The notes beneath the pieces were generated by a model that was not told the origin of the DNA, did not search any database, and worked only from the letters and a program-made list of their open reading frames with translations. Both the position numbers and the translations under genes were made by a program. A stretch of DNA of 32,000 nt from Nitrososphaerota archaeon (GTDB taxonomy: Archaea > Thermoproteota > Nitrososphaeria > Nitrososphaerales > Nitrosopumilaceae): assembly GCA_022564515.1 (NCBI GenBank), contig JADFLH010000003.1:7510-39509 (forward strand), in the 5' to 3' direction. The stretch's first letter is position 1, and each line of letters opens with the position of its first letter. Shown here piece after piece: positions 17,825 through 27,047 of the stretch.

Positions 17825-18730
17825 ATGAAATTCATGTTAAAAAAATTGGTAGTGATCGACCCAATTGAATTATTGTTCTGGATTTTTCGAAGAAATGAAA
17901 AAGATGTAGTGAATCTCTATAATGCGCTATCAGACGTGATGAGGCTATCAACTGGTGGGGATATGCTAAATTTTGGTTATTGGAATGAAAAAACTAAGGA
18001 ACCAATTCAAGCACAAATTGAGCTATGTGATATTTTTGGAAGATTAGCCGAACTACAAACTGCCAAAAAAGTAGTGGATGTCGGTTGTGGTTTTTGTGCC
18101 CCCTCAATTCAATGGAAATCACAATATAGTTTTCTTGAAATAACTTGTTTGAATATTAATTTCAACCAACTGAAATCATCATTGGAGATAATCAATGAAC
18201 CATTAGGAAATTTAAATGGCAATTCCCTTGATGGTATACACCTTCTAAATGCCACCTCTACCTTCATTCCCCTTCCAAACGAATCAGTTGATAGGGTATT
18301 GGCTTTAGAATCCGTACATCACATGAAATCCTTAAGACTCTTTTTTTCTGAATCAAAAAGGATTTTGAAAAAAGATGGAATTTTAGCTTTAACAATTCCA
18401 ATCGTCAATAAGGAGATTATGCCAATAATAAAATGGGGGATATTGTCTATGACATGGTCTTCAGAACATTATAGCATGGATTATGTAAAATCATCAATAA
18501 CTGATTGTGGATTTAGTATTCTTGAAATGAAAAAAATTGGGCAAATGGTATATGAACCACTTGTAAAATATTACATAGATAACAGGAATTCGATCAGGAA
18601 TAAAATCCTATCAAAATACCCTTCATACGTAGAAAAAATTCTCTTCAAATCTTTATTGAAAATGAAACATGTTTCAGATGCAAATGTTATCGATTACCTT
18701 TTGATAAAGTGTAAGAGTGAAGAACGGTGA
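17825..18730 (+). CDS. class I SAM-dependent methyltransferase
   Basis: 301 aa with LNFGYW and motif I VVDVGCGFCAPS. Substrate unknown. Confidence 0.75.
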   Translation: MKFMLKKLVVIDPIELLFWIFRRNEKDVVNLYNALSDVMRLSTGGDMLNFGYWNEKTKEPIQAQIELCDIFGRLAELQTAKKVVDVGCGFCAPSIQWKSQYSFLEITCLNINFNQLKSSLEIINEPLGNLNGNSLDGIHLLNATSTFIPLPNESVDRVLALESVHHMKSLRLFFSESKRILKKDGILALTIPIVNKEIMPIIKWGILSMTWSSEHYSMDYVKSSITDCGFSILEMKKIGQMVYEPLVKYYIDNRNSIRNKILSKYPSYVEKILFKSLLKMKHVSDANVIDYLLIKCKSEER

Positions 18731-18849
18731 TTATTTTAAGACATGTTTTGGAATTATTAAACAAATTTCATTTATATTTCAACACAACTGTAAACGACGG
18801 TTCCAGTAAGAACATGTATGTATTTTGGTTTTATTTTAGATCTAAATTA

Positions 18850-19470
18850 CTACGTTTTAATTGTAATTTGTTCTCCATTTCCAAGATCTAATGTGATTGT
18901 TTGAACATTTGGTTTGGTTTTAATATATTCCACATATTTTTTCATTAATGGTCTAAATTTTTCTGGATACAAAATATTGTCAGTTGCTATTATTCCACCT
19001 ACTCTAACTATGGGTAGGATAAGATCAAAATACTCGAAATTTTGTTCTTTATCTGCATCTAGAAAAGCAAAATCAAATTGTTTCTTTTTACCTGATTTAA
19101 TAGATTCAGAAATTTGTTCAAGTATCTGAATGGCTTTGCCTTCTATTACTTTTATTTGATTTGCGACGCTTGCTTCTTCAAAATTTGCTCTGGCTCTTGA
19201 GATTTTTGAAGGATTTTGCTCAATTGTCACAATTTTGCCTTGATTTTTTTGCATCGCATCAGCAAACCACAAAGTTGAATATCCTACTGATGTTCCTATT
19301 TCAAGGATCCTTTTAGCTTTTATTGCTTTTAGGAGAATGTTGTAAAAAATACCAGTTTCTTTAGTTATGGCTAACATTCTGTCTTCCTGATTTATTTCAA
19401 TGTTTTCTAATTTTTCAAGTTTAGACCTTTTTTCTAATTTTTGTAATACGGATTTGATGCTTTCTTTCAT
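18850..19470 (-). CDS. O-methyltransferase, caffeoyl-CoA OMT-like (family 3)
   Basis: ILEIGTSVGYSTLWFA, FDFAFLDADKEQN and GGIIATDNILYP match the family-3 OMT pattern. Confidence 0.82.
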   Translation of the reverse strand: MKESIKSVLQKLEKRSKLEKLENIEINQEDRMLAITKETGIFYNILLKAIKAKRILEIGTSVGYSTLWFADAMQKNQGKIVTIEQNPSKISRARANFEEASVANQIKVIEGKAIQILEQISESIKSGKKKQFDFAFLDADKEQNFEYFDLILPIVRVGGIIATDNILYPEKFRPLMKKYVEYIKTKPNVQTITLDLGNGEQITIKT

Positions 19471-19667
19471 AGTACATCTTGAGTAAATTGTTTGTTTATT
19501 CTAAACACACAACCTAACTTAAGTCATTACACGGTACAAGTATTGTATTCCCAGGCTTTTTGGCTTGGCCAAATGTCTTTACTCAGGCTTGGGGATATTT
19601 TCCTATAGTTTGATAATCATATCTAAGTAAATGGTTTTATTCGCCATTTATTTTTGGGCTTTCTTTA

Positions 19668-19683
19668 CAGTTCGTATCAAATG
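19668..19683 (+). repeat. dispersed motif M1, copy A
   Basis: CAGTTCGTATCAAATG, 16 nt beyond the stop of the 19700..19960 ORF. Confidence 0.9.
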
Positions 19684-19699
19684 TAAATTATGAGAACTC

Positions 19700-19960
19700 T
19701 TATCGTTTCAGATTTTCCATTTTGCTGACACTATCCCAAGAATTAATCGTTAATTCTTTTGGCATTAATTTACAGAGTTTTCCTTTTTTAATTTCAACAA
19801 TAGCTAGCAATGGATAAGTTCCAACCGATAGTTTTGTTATTGGCCATGCGATAGTTTCTGCCCTTCCTTTTTTTGGAACAAGAGTAACCAATAATTCTAA
19901 TTGACCGTCTTTAGTAACTCGATATCGTAATTCAGTTCTTATAGTGTCCTTAAACACCAT
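19700..19960 (-). CDS. hypothetical 86-aa protein inside repeat-bounded unit A
   Basis: ATG-initiated ORF with no recognisable motif. Confidence 0.35.
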   Translation of the reverse strand: MVFKDTIRTELRYRVTKDGQLELLVTLVPKKGRAETIAWPITKLSVGTYPLLAIVEIKKGKLCKLMPKELTINSWDSVSKMENLKR

Positions 19961-20103
19961 TCGAACAGCTCAGCTTTGGTAATCGGTTTCCTTACCATTG
20001 ACAATATTGGAATTCAAAAATAGATATTATTTGCTTTAAGAATCTGTTTCTCTTCCCAATAATCAAATCATATCATGCCTAGGCTTATGTTTTGTTATTT
20101 TTA

Positions 20104-20120
20104 AGAATTTTCAGGATTAA
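20104..20120 (+). repeat. dispersed motif M2, copy A
   Basis: AGAATTTTCAGGATTAA, identical to 31484..31500 and to the reverse complement of 31108..31124. Confidence 0.9.
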
Positions 20121-20189
20121 ATGAAATTCTAATATTCTGATATCAACTACTAACCGGCATAATAATACGGTTATGCAAAAGATCAAAGA

Positions 20190-20319
20190 TAATGAGATGA
20201 ATCAGCGGCGAAAGTCCTACAGGTTTCCCAAGCCAGTAAGCCTAAGGCCATGCTGATCTATCTCATTTGTCAGTCTTTACTGACTCTGGCCATTTCTGGC
20301 AGTTTGTGTGTTTGACACA
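20190..20319. ncRNA. candidate structured RNA (G+C-rich multi-hairpin island), class unknown
   Basis: A 16-position stem pairs 20190-20205 with 20251-20266 (one mismatch, one G.U). Three short hairpins follow: 20268-83, 20285-301 and 20305-19. By hand count, 31 of 60 nt in 20201-20260 are G/C, against clearly AT-rich flanks. No credible ORF. Confidence 0.3.
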
Positions 20320-20449
20320 CTGAGTGATGATGCACTTGTACATTAATTATAAAATACATATGCGCTAGAGTATAGAATAGTAGACCTGATTTTTACAAGA
20401 TATTGACTATCTGAGTCTGGACTACGTTAATTATATAATTTGATTCTGT

Positions 20450-22840
20450 TTGAGAATTACATTGAAGAAAAACTGGCTTTTTTTAGTAATCATTCTTTGT
20501 ATTTTTTTCGTATTTCAAGAAGCAGATGCTATTGAAATAACTGCTACCCCAGAAAAAGATCTATTTGGTCCAAACGATTGGATTCAGATTGATGTCAAAA
20601 TCGATGATTATTTAGGGGGAGCAGTTGATTGGAATGCCACAAAACCTAATGGAAGTATAATATCCGGAGAATTATCAAATTTTGATGCATCAAATACGCT
20701 TCATACCATCACTAGAAATGCATTTGATAATCAATTTGGCACATGGAAAATTGATTATTTCTATAAAGATGCAAACAAAACTATTACAGCTGAGGTTGAA
20801 CCTCTAACAGTCATTCTATCTACAGATAAAGCAATTTATTTACAAAGTGACACAGGTATCGCTACATTTACAACAAATTACTATGAGCCGAATGCCGCAA
20901 TAGCTGAATATTATAGAATTAAAATTCAAGACGAACAAGGTAATCTAGCTTCCAACACAGATTATGTTGAAATTAAGGCATATCAGAAGACTACAACATA
21001 TCAATTCACAATTGATGAATTATTAAAACACAATCCACCAGGTACTTATTATGTTGTCATAGAATATTTCAATGTAATTACCAAGATACCTTTTTCAATT
21101 GGTACATCTTCTGTTAGTCTTTCAATCTTTCTTGCAAGTGAAAAATCACTCTATCTTCCAGGAGAAGTCGTTAAAATTAATGTAGTTGTTTCTGGAACAT
21201 TAGGATCAAATGCAATTCTTGAAATAACAAATCCGTCAGGGAAGTTAATCACAAAAACTTTTCCAATAAATTTCGTTTCTACAATTGTTGTATTGGATGA
21301 TGTTGCAACTGATTTATCCGGAACTTATCAATATATATTAGAATATGGTGGCCAATCGCAAATTAATTCGTTCCAAGTAAAAGACGAAGAAACTCAAACT
21401 ACAACAAACATTGAATATACTTTATTACTCGATAAAAAACAATATCAGCCTGGAGAAGCAATTTCAGCCACATTTACAACAAACAAAATTTTAGATGGAC
21501 AAATTTTATTCTGGTTTGAGGATCCTGTAGGAAATCAGAGTTCTAAAAATCCATACACGAATTCCTTATCAGGAAGTTTTTCGATTCAACATGTTTTGTC
21601 ACCAACGATAGAAAACGGTCCTTGGAAAATGCACATTGATTATGCCGGTGTACAAATCTTTGCAATATTTTTTGTAACTGGAGAACCCATAGAAGGCACA
21701 CTTATTTCAAATCAAGAATATGAAGGACCGAAAGTTTTACTCATCATCGACAGCACAAAAACCAATTTTATTGAAGTAGAGGACGTAGCTGTTGATTCTC
21801 AAAATTATTTGTACGTTCTGGATGCTGGAGATTCGAAAGTAAAAAAATTTGATTCAAATGGAAATTTGATTTTGTTTTGGGGCTCAGTTGGTTCTACCGA
21901 AGGACAACTTAAAAATCCCTCAGGAATTTTTGTAGATGCAAAACATGTGCATGTAGCAGATAAGGGAAACTCAAGAATAGTGACCTATGATAAAAACGGA
22001 AATTTTGAGAGAATTTGGGGCAATTCAGGAATAGAATCACAATCATTAAGGATTCCTGAAGATGTTGCAGTGGATCCCTCTGGAATCTATTTGGTTTCTG
22101 ACTCTGGTTGGAATAAAGTTCTGAAATTTGATCAAGTTGGTAAGTATGTTGGAAAAATTGAATCTTTGCAAACTGCAGCTGCAAAATTTTCTACAACTAA
22201 TTCAATTGTTTCTGATGAAAATCGTTTGTTAATTTTAGTAACCAAGGATAATAGAATTTTGCAATTCACTAGTAACGGCGAATTTGTAAAATCATTTGGA
22301 ACAACAGGTGAAGATAATGGAAAATTTCTGAATCCAAATTCATTAGCCTTTGATGCGAATGGTAACATCTTTGTAGCAGATTCTGGTAATCATAGAATTC
22401 AGGTTTTAGATCCCAACGGAAAATTTCTTAATAAGTGGGGAACTTTTGGAACGGGTTATGCACAGTTTTTGGAAATTTCAGGCATAGCAGTTGATTCTGA
22501 TGGTAATGTCTTTACGGCAGATTCAATCGCAAATAGAATTTTAAAATTTTCCCCTTTCAAACAAGTCAAATTGACTATGCCTGATTGGATACGAAATAAT
22601 GCAAATTGGTGGGCCAGTGATCAAATAAATGATGATGATTTTGTTCGGGGAATTCAATTCATGATAGAACAAAAAATTATTATCATTCCGGATTTGGGAA
22701 AATCTGAACAAAAGGTAGATCTGGAAATTCCTGATTGGATAAAAAATAATGCAAGATGGTGGTCAGAAAGAAAAATCTCTGATGAAGATTTTGCAAATGG
22801 AATTGAATACATGGTTAAAAATGGTATTATTCAGGTATGA
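20450..22840 (+). CDS. secreted multi-domain protein: Ig/MG-like repeats + six NHL repeats + two C-terminal 'WIKN' modules
   Basis: 796 aa with a signal peptide (NWLFLVIILCIFFVFQEADA). Six NHL-like repeats are present (e.g. PNSLAFDANGNIFVADSGNHRIQVLDPNGK). The C-terminus carries MPDWIRNNANWWASDQINDDDF... and IPDWIKNNARWWSERKISDEDF.... The start is TTG 20450 or TTG 20462; the latter fits TATA-like TTATATAA at 20431-38 better. Confidence 0.85.
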   Translation: MRITLKKNWLFLVIILCIFFVFQEADAIEITATPEKDLFGPNDWIQIDVKIDDYLGGAVDWNATKPNGSIISGELSNFDASNTLHTITRNAFDNQFGTWKIDYFYKDANKTITAEVEPLTVILSTDKAIYLQSDTGIATFTTNYYEPNAAIAEYYRIKIQDEQGNLASNTDYVEIKAYQKTTTYQFTIDELLKHNPPGTYYVVIEYFNVITKIPFSIGTSSVSLSIFLASEKSLYLPGEVVKINVVVSGTLGSNAILEITNPSGKLITKTFPINFVSTIVVLDDVATDLSGTYQYILEYGGQSQINSFQVKDEETQTTTNIEYTLLLDKKQYQPGEAISATFTTNKILDGQILFWFEDPVGNQSSKNPYTNSLSGSFSIQHVLSPTIENGPWKMHIDYAGVQIFAIFFVTGEPIEGTLISNQEYEGPKVLLIIDSTKTNFIEVEDVAVDSQNYLYVLDAGDSKVKKFDSNGNLILFWGSVGSTEGQLKNPSGIFVDAKHVHVADKGNSRIVTYDKNGNFERIWGNSGIESQSLRIPEDVAVDPSGIYLVSDSGWNKVLKFDQVGKYVGKIESLQTAAAKFSTTNSIVSDENRLLILVTKDNRILQFTSNGEFVKSFGTTGEDNGKFLNPNSLAFDANGNIFVADSGNHRIQVLDPNGKFLNKWGTFGTGYAQFLEISGIAVDSDGNVFTADSIANRILKFSPFKQVKLTMPDWIRNNANWWASDQINDDDFVRGIQFMIEQKIIIIPDLGKSEQKVDLEIPDWIKNNARWWSERKISDEDFANGIEYMVKNGIIQV

Positions 22841-22909
22841 CAAAATCAATCAATTATATTTAGTAAATTAATCTGTGCATCCAGATTGAATTATTACAAG
22901 GAACTTGAT

Positions 22910-23266
22910 ATGGTGACAATAGTTGAAGATATCATTAATTTAGATCCACAAATGCGATTTGCGGCTATCATTGATCATAGCGGAAATATAGTTGAATCAA
23001 TTATGCAGAGTGGAAAAACTTCATTAGAATCACAAAAAGAAGAAGAACATTTTTGCAAACAGGTTTCCCAAAGAAGACAAATGAGAAATCAATTTGATAA
23101 ATCCCTAGGTAAGGTACGGTATGTTCACGTTGAACGTGAGAAAGTCACTCAGATGGTTATCTATACCCCGCAATTTACGATCTATTTTACCATGGAACCA
23201 GAAATGACCATAGAAAACAAATTACAAATTATTAACAAAATCAAAAAAATGACTTCACATCTTTAA
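22910..23266 (+). CDS. Roadblock/LC7-like small protein (inferred), paralogue 1
   Basis: I chose the start at ATG 22910 (MVTIVEDIINLDPQMRFAAIIDHSGNIVES...). It shares a pattern with 26532..26924 (..(F/Y)(A/F)A(I/L)ID..G.I(V/I)E...RR..R..FD...G...H..R.K..Q...Y.P..TIY). The fold assignment rests on pattern only. Confidence 0.55.
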   Translation: MVTIVEDIINLDPQMRFAAIIDHSGNIVESIMQSGKTSLESQKEEEHFCKQVSQRRQMRNQFDKSLGKVRYVHVEREKVTQMVIYTPQFTIYFTMEPEMTIENKLQIINKIKKMTSHL

Positions 23267-23316
23267 AGTTGATTTTTAAACTGTACGCTCATATTCTCTG
23301 TAAATTATGAAATAAC

Positions 23317-23604
23317 ATGCCAACAAACAAATTGAAAATTCTTGTCGATGAGATGGATGATGGTATGGATGAAAGGTTAAGAGAAATTGGTTATGATGCA
23401 TATAGTGTAAAAAAGCTAAGATCTGATGGAACAAAATTACGAACTGATTATTCTGTAATTAATTATGCACGTGAAAACAATATGATTCTAATCACAAGAG
23501 ATACAGAAAGTGGTCAAGCTTGTGAAGAAAACAAGTTGCCTTACATACTTCTTGATAACGAGGAAATTTTTAAAATTGTTGTTAAAAAATTAAAACAGTT
23601 TTGA
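23317..23604 (+). CDS. PIN-like nuclease-fold protein (DUF5615 / Mut7-C N-domain-like)
   Basis: KILVDEMDDGMDERLREIGYDAYSV...DYSVINYARENNMILITRDTE matches the pattern ..LvDE.....l...L...G.d...v......D..i..yA.e...iliT.D. Confidence 0.6.
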   Translation: MPTNKLKILVDEMDDGMDERLREIGYDAYSVKKLRSDGTKLRTDYSVINYARENNMILITRDTESGQACEENKLPYILLDNEEIFKIVVKKLKQF

Positions 23605-23670
23605 TGATTATGAATGACAGTGATGGATATGAAAATGAGGACTGAAAAACATCTCAAGCATAAAATTATT

Positions 23671-24495
23671 TTATCGGTCTATTACGCAACTACCATCAGG
23701 ATTTCTCAGTTTTTGTGCCATAATTATTGGTGTCACAAAAAGAATAGGGATAGAAATTGCAATAAACAATGTTTGTAATTGTATTAATGCAATTGTTAGA
23801 GCGATTCCGCTAGCAGTCCCTATAAACAACGAAAGAAAGGATCCGGCACATGTAGGACACCCAATAAATAATCCTGTTGCGGCTCCAATAGAACTAATTC
23901 CTTTTCTTTTTTTTGAAATAGAAAATGCAGTTAAAGCCATAGCAACATTAAGGCCAACGAGATAGGTCACAGTAACTTGTAAAACAAGATTTATTGGTAT
24001 AATTTGGAGCCCAACGTGTTCTGTTAGATAGATTATGATTTTAGGCATGTATCCAGGTTGACCACAGCAAGGCGAAATAAAGGCCGATGGAATTTCAGCT
24101 CCATAGTGCTGAGAAAAGCTAACTTGAGGTTGATAAACAAGCATACCTGAAGCTAATGAAAAAAATATTCCATAAATAATAAAAGTAACAACAAAAATTT
24201 TTTTTGATTTTTTACTCCACGTTGATAATGCAATAATTGACAGTACCCCCTTTTCTTTTTCTTCTACTTTATGCTTGTGATATTGATATAGCCCAAAAGA
24301 AATGGCACCAAATGCCATCAATAAGGTAAGGTAAAAAGCAAGCGCTATCCGCTGGATGGAATCTATTGAACTAGGAGTGATTAATTCAGAATCTTGGTAA
24401 CGTGCATAGACTAAAAAGAGAATGGCGATGCTAACAAAACCTAAAATGGTTAATGTCTTGCCTGTTGAACTGCGTTTTGTAGTCTGCTTTTCCAT
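23671..24495 (-). CDS. polytopic membrane protein with paired Cys motifs (SPCCGQP, GCPTCAG)
   Basis: 274 aa with about 6-7 TM helices. The two Cys motifs sit at or near membrane segments and resemble the SPCxxP / PCTxP motifs of CcdA/DsbD. That resemblance is weak. Confidence 0.65.
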   Translation of the reverse strand: MEKQTTKRSSTGKTLTILGFVSIAILFLVYARYQDSELITPSSIDSIQRIALAFYLTLLMAFGAISFGLYQYHKHKVEEKEKGVLSIIALSTWSKKSKKIFVVTFIIYGIFFSLASGMLVYQPQVSFSQHYGAEIPSAFISPCCGQPGYMPKIIIYLTEHVGLQIIPINLVLQVTVTYLVGLNVAMALTAFSISKKRKGISSIGAATGLFIGCPTCAGSFLSLFIGTASGIALTIALIQLQTLFIAISIPILFVTPIIMAQKLRNPDGSCVIDR

Positions 24496-24557
24496 TCATC
24501 CAAAAAGCTCCAAAGTTAAATTAAACCCTATCCATGAAATTGATAAAAATTCTAAAT

Positions 24558-26375
24558 CTATGTGAGTTTACGAACGAAAATGTAAACTATCGCAATAATC
24601 TCAAGCCTACCAATTATCATAAGAAAACTTAGTGCTATCTTTGTGGCAGGATCAGTGTCTATTGTTATCACATTTGCTGAAAGACCGCCAGTTGTTATGA
24701 CTCCTGAAGCATCAAAAAATGCGTCAGCGAAATCTGCATTTGACACTTCACTAAGGTGTAAAGCAGTGATTGCTGAAATTAAAGGAAATGAAATTAGAAT
24801 AATTATAGTAGTCACAATTTCCTTTTTGTTTTCAGAAGTTAGGGTTTTTCTTGTTCCTTTTTTGATTATTTTTTTAAAATTTTTGAGATGGAAAAATCGA
24901 TAAATTTTGATTCCTCCTGCAGTTGAGAAGCCACATCCTCCAATAAACATTAACACAATCAAAATGGTTTGCGAAGTTTCATTAAGTGTGTTAAGAGGCT
25001 CTAACTGCAATCCTGCAGTAGTACTTGCTGAAACAGAATAAAATGCTCCAAAAAGTGGTTCAAGACCACTAGACCATGTAAAAAGCACAATTGCTATGCC
25101 TAAAACGCCAAAGTAAACTAAAACTTCTTTGCCTAATTTCGGTGACATGAATTTCTTTCTAACAAATGCATAGTGGAAAGTAAATGGCAGTGCGCCTAGT
25201 ATCATTGCGCCCATTAGAATAATGTGTTCTTCCCAGACTAGATTTTGAAGAATTGTGGAATTGGGAAGGAAACCACCTGTAGCAAGAGTGCTCATGGCAA
25301 GAGAGAAATTATCAATGATGTTTCTTTCTCCAAATAAGTACAATAATAGCGCAACTATCACAATATAAAGAGTGAAAATGATAGTAATGGTTCCAAACAG
25401 TTCCCTCATGTGTAAGGTTTTGCCTGAAATGAAACCTCTCATTGCTTGTAACTTCGTTTCTGGATAAAACGCAGTCATTACGAGATAAATGAAACTCATT
25501 CCGCCTACTAGTTGTGTGAAACTTCTGTAGAAAGTAAAACTCTGTGGTAATTCTTCTGGTTTATCATACAATGAAATTCCGACTGTGGTAAAACCAGCTG
25601 CACTAGAAAAGAAACTATTTGCAAACAGCTCTATTTCTGAGCCAGCTGTATATGTGGATACGTAAAGATATGGTATCGTCCCAAATAATGACAGGATAAA
25701 GAGACTCAAAAATACCAGTATTGAAGCATCTCGAAGATTTAGGCCTGACTTCTCTCCATAAGAATTTAGGAAAAACCCCGTCACAAGCAAAAGTACTGTA
25801 GTAAGATAAATGCCAGTGGCAGTGAGTGTATCATTTAAAACAGTCGCCAAAATTGCTGGAACAAATAATAACACTCCTGCAAATTGAAGTACAAAACCCA
25901 AATTTCCAAAAATTGCCTTGACAGGGGGACTCAACAATCGTGGTTGAATTGCAGTCGCATTTCTAATTACATTTGCAATTGTAACTTGTAAAATAATCCC
26001 AATAACTTGTTCTTTTTTTGCAATTACTGGCAATTTTCGTATTTTATTATCGCGCATTATGTGTAAAGCATCTTGTAGTGTTGCGTTTTCCTCAATTGTA
26101 ATTAAAGGAGAACTCATGATGTCTTTCAGATATGTTGCTTCAGCATATTCGTTTACATCGCTAACTTTGCTTAGAATATCTTCATCAGTAACAATTCCAA
26201 TTGGTTTTTTGTTTTCGTCAGTTACAACGATGTCGTCTCTCTTATATCTCTGAAGCATGCGTGTAGCATCACGAGTCATAGTGGTCTGATCCAAAATTAG
26301 GACATCATTGTCCATATATGCAGTGACTGGTTTTAAAAGAACGTAGGATACCGACTTTCTTGCCTCCATTGACAT
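24558..26375 (-). CDS. TrkH/KtrB-family cation transporter with an N-terminal CBS-domain pair
   Basis: 605 aa with an N-terminal CBS pair (IGIVTDEDILSKV..., KLPVIAKKEQVIGIIL). Four pore-loop motifs are present (FTTVGIS, LATGGF, TTAGLQ, ITTGGLS). Confidence 0.82.
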   Translation of the reverse strand: MSMEARKSVSYVLLKPVTAYMDNDVLILDQTTMTRDATRMLQRYKRDDIVVTDENKKPIGIVTDEDILSKVSDVNEYAEATYLKDIMSSPLITIEENATLQDALHIMRDNKIRKLPVIAKKEQVIGIILQVTIANVIRNATAIQPRLLSPPVKAIFGNLGFVLQFAGVLLFVPAILATVLNDTLTATGIYLTTVLLLVTGFFLNSYGEKSGLNLRDASILVFLSLFILSLFGTIPYLYVSTYTAGSEIELFANSFFSSAAGFTTVGISLYDKPEELPQSFTFYRSFTQLVGGMSFIYLVMTAFYPETKLQAMRGFISGKTLHMRELFGTITIIFTLYIVIVALLLYLFGERNIIDNFSLAMSTLATGGFLPNSTILQNLVWEEHIILMGAMILGALPFTFHYAFVRKKFMSPKLGKEVLVYFGVLGIAIVLFTWSSGLEPLFGAFYSVSASTTAGLQLEPLNTLNETSQTILIVLMFIGGCGFSTAGGIKIYRFFHLKNFKKIIKKGTRKTLTSENKKEIVTTIIILISFPLISAITALHLSEVSNADFADAFFDASGVITTGGLSANVITIDTDPATKIALSFLMIIGRLEIIAIVYIFVRKLT

Positions 26376-26531
26376 GAATGAATTTATCCCGTATACCTAA
26401 ACGATATATGCTTTTACTTTACTGTGCTGATCTTTTACGCACAATTTTTTAGCTGTTTTTGATCCAACTTAGAGTTAAAAATCTTAAAAGAAGCACCTAG
26501 ATCTAGAAATTTTCGTGCATTAATATACTAA

Positions 26532-26924
26532 TTAACACATGATCAAGGTTTGCATATCTATATTTTGTAATCCATGAACAAGGTCAATCATTTCATTTGG
26601 TTTTGCTTTGTTGCCAATCATCAAATAAATGGTTGTAGCAGGTAAATACACAATTAATTGTTGAATTTTTTTTCTTTGAATATGAATATGTAAAGTTTCT
26701 CCACAAATATCATCAAAATCTTCTCGTTTTGTTCTACGTGTGCCAATCTGGTGGTAAAACATGATTCGATCTGCATCGGTTTCAATAAAAGACATTGAGG
26801 ATTTAGAATTTTCTACAATGATGTGTCCTTCAAGATCTATTAATGCGAAATATTTGATGTTGACATTTAGTTTGAATATTTCCTTGGAAAAATCTTCAAA
26901 TTTCTTTGAATCACCCAAGACCAT
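26532..26924 (-). CDS. Roadblock/LC7-like small protein (inferred), paralogue 2
   Basis: 130-aa paralogue of 22910..23266 (KYFALIDLEGHIIVEN...TLHIHIQRKKIQQLIVYLPATTIYLMI). Confidence 0.55.
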   Translation of the reverse strand: MVLGDSKKFEDFSKEIFKLNVNIKYFALIDLEGHIIVENSKSSMSFIETDADRIMFYHQIGTRRTKREDFDDICGETLHIHIQRKKIQQLIVYLPATTIYLMIGNKAKPNEMIDLVHGLQNIDMQTLIMC

Positions 26925-27047
26925 AATATATTTTCAAACAGCTTTCAAAAAAGTCTTTTTTTACAAGTTTTTATATACACATTTAATGAACTCTAATTTC
27001 GTTTATCTTTATAAGCACTATGTAATAACTTTGTTTGGTACCCTCTA

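Noticed and set aside
20207-20216. RNase P RNA, based on GCGAAAGUCC (CR-I-like)
   Set aside because: I could not find a CR-V-type ACAGAA...GGCUUA partner on the same strand. The G+C-rich island (about 130 nt) is also much shorter than an archaeal RNase P RNA.
20174-20257. 27-aa ORF MQKIKDNEMNQRRKSYRFPKPVSLRPC inside the G+C-rich island
   Set aside because: It is too short, has no supporting promoter or conservation evidence, and the region's strong base-pairing argues for RNA or DNA structure instead.
20322-20390. C/D-box sRNA (GUGAUGA at about 20323, CUGA at about 20384)
   Set aside because: The box spacing of about 60 nt is long, and I see no convincing internal D'/C' boxes or terminal stem.
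21909-22368. Minus-strand ORFs 21909..22184 and 22132..22368
   Set aside because: They are antisense to the NHL-repeat region of a confidently called gene.
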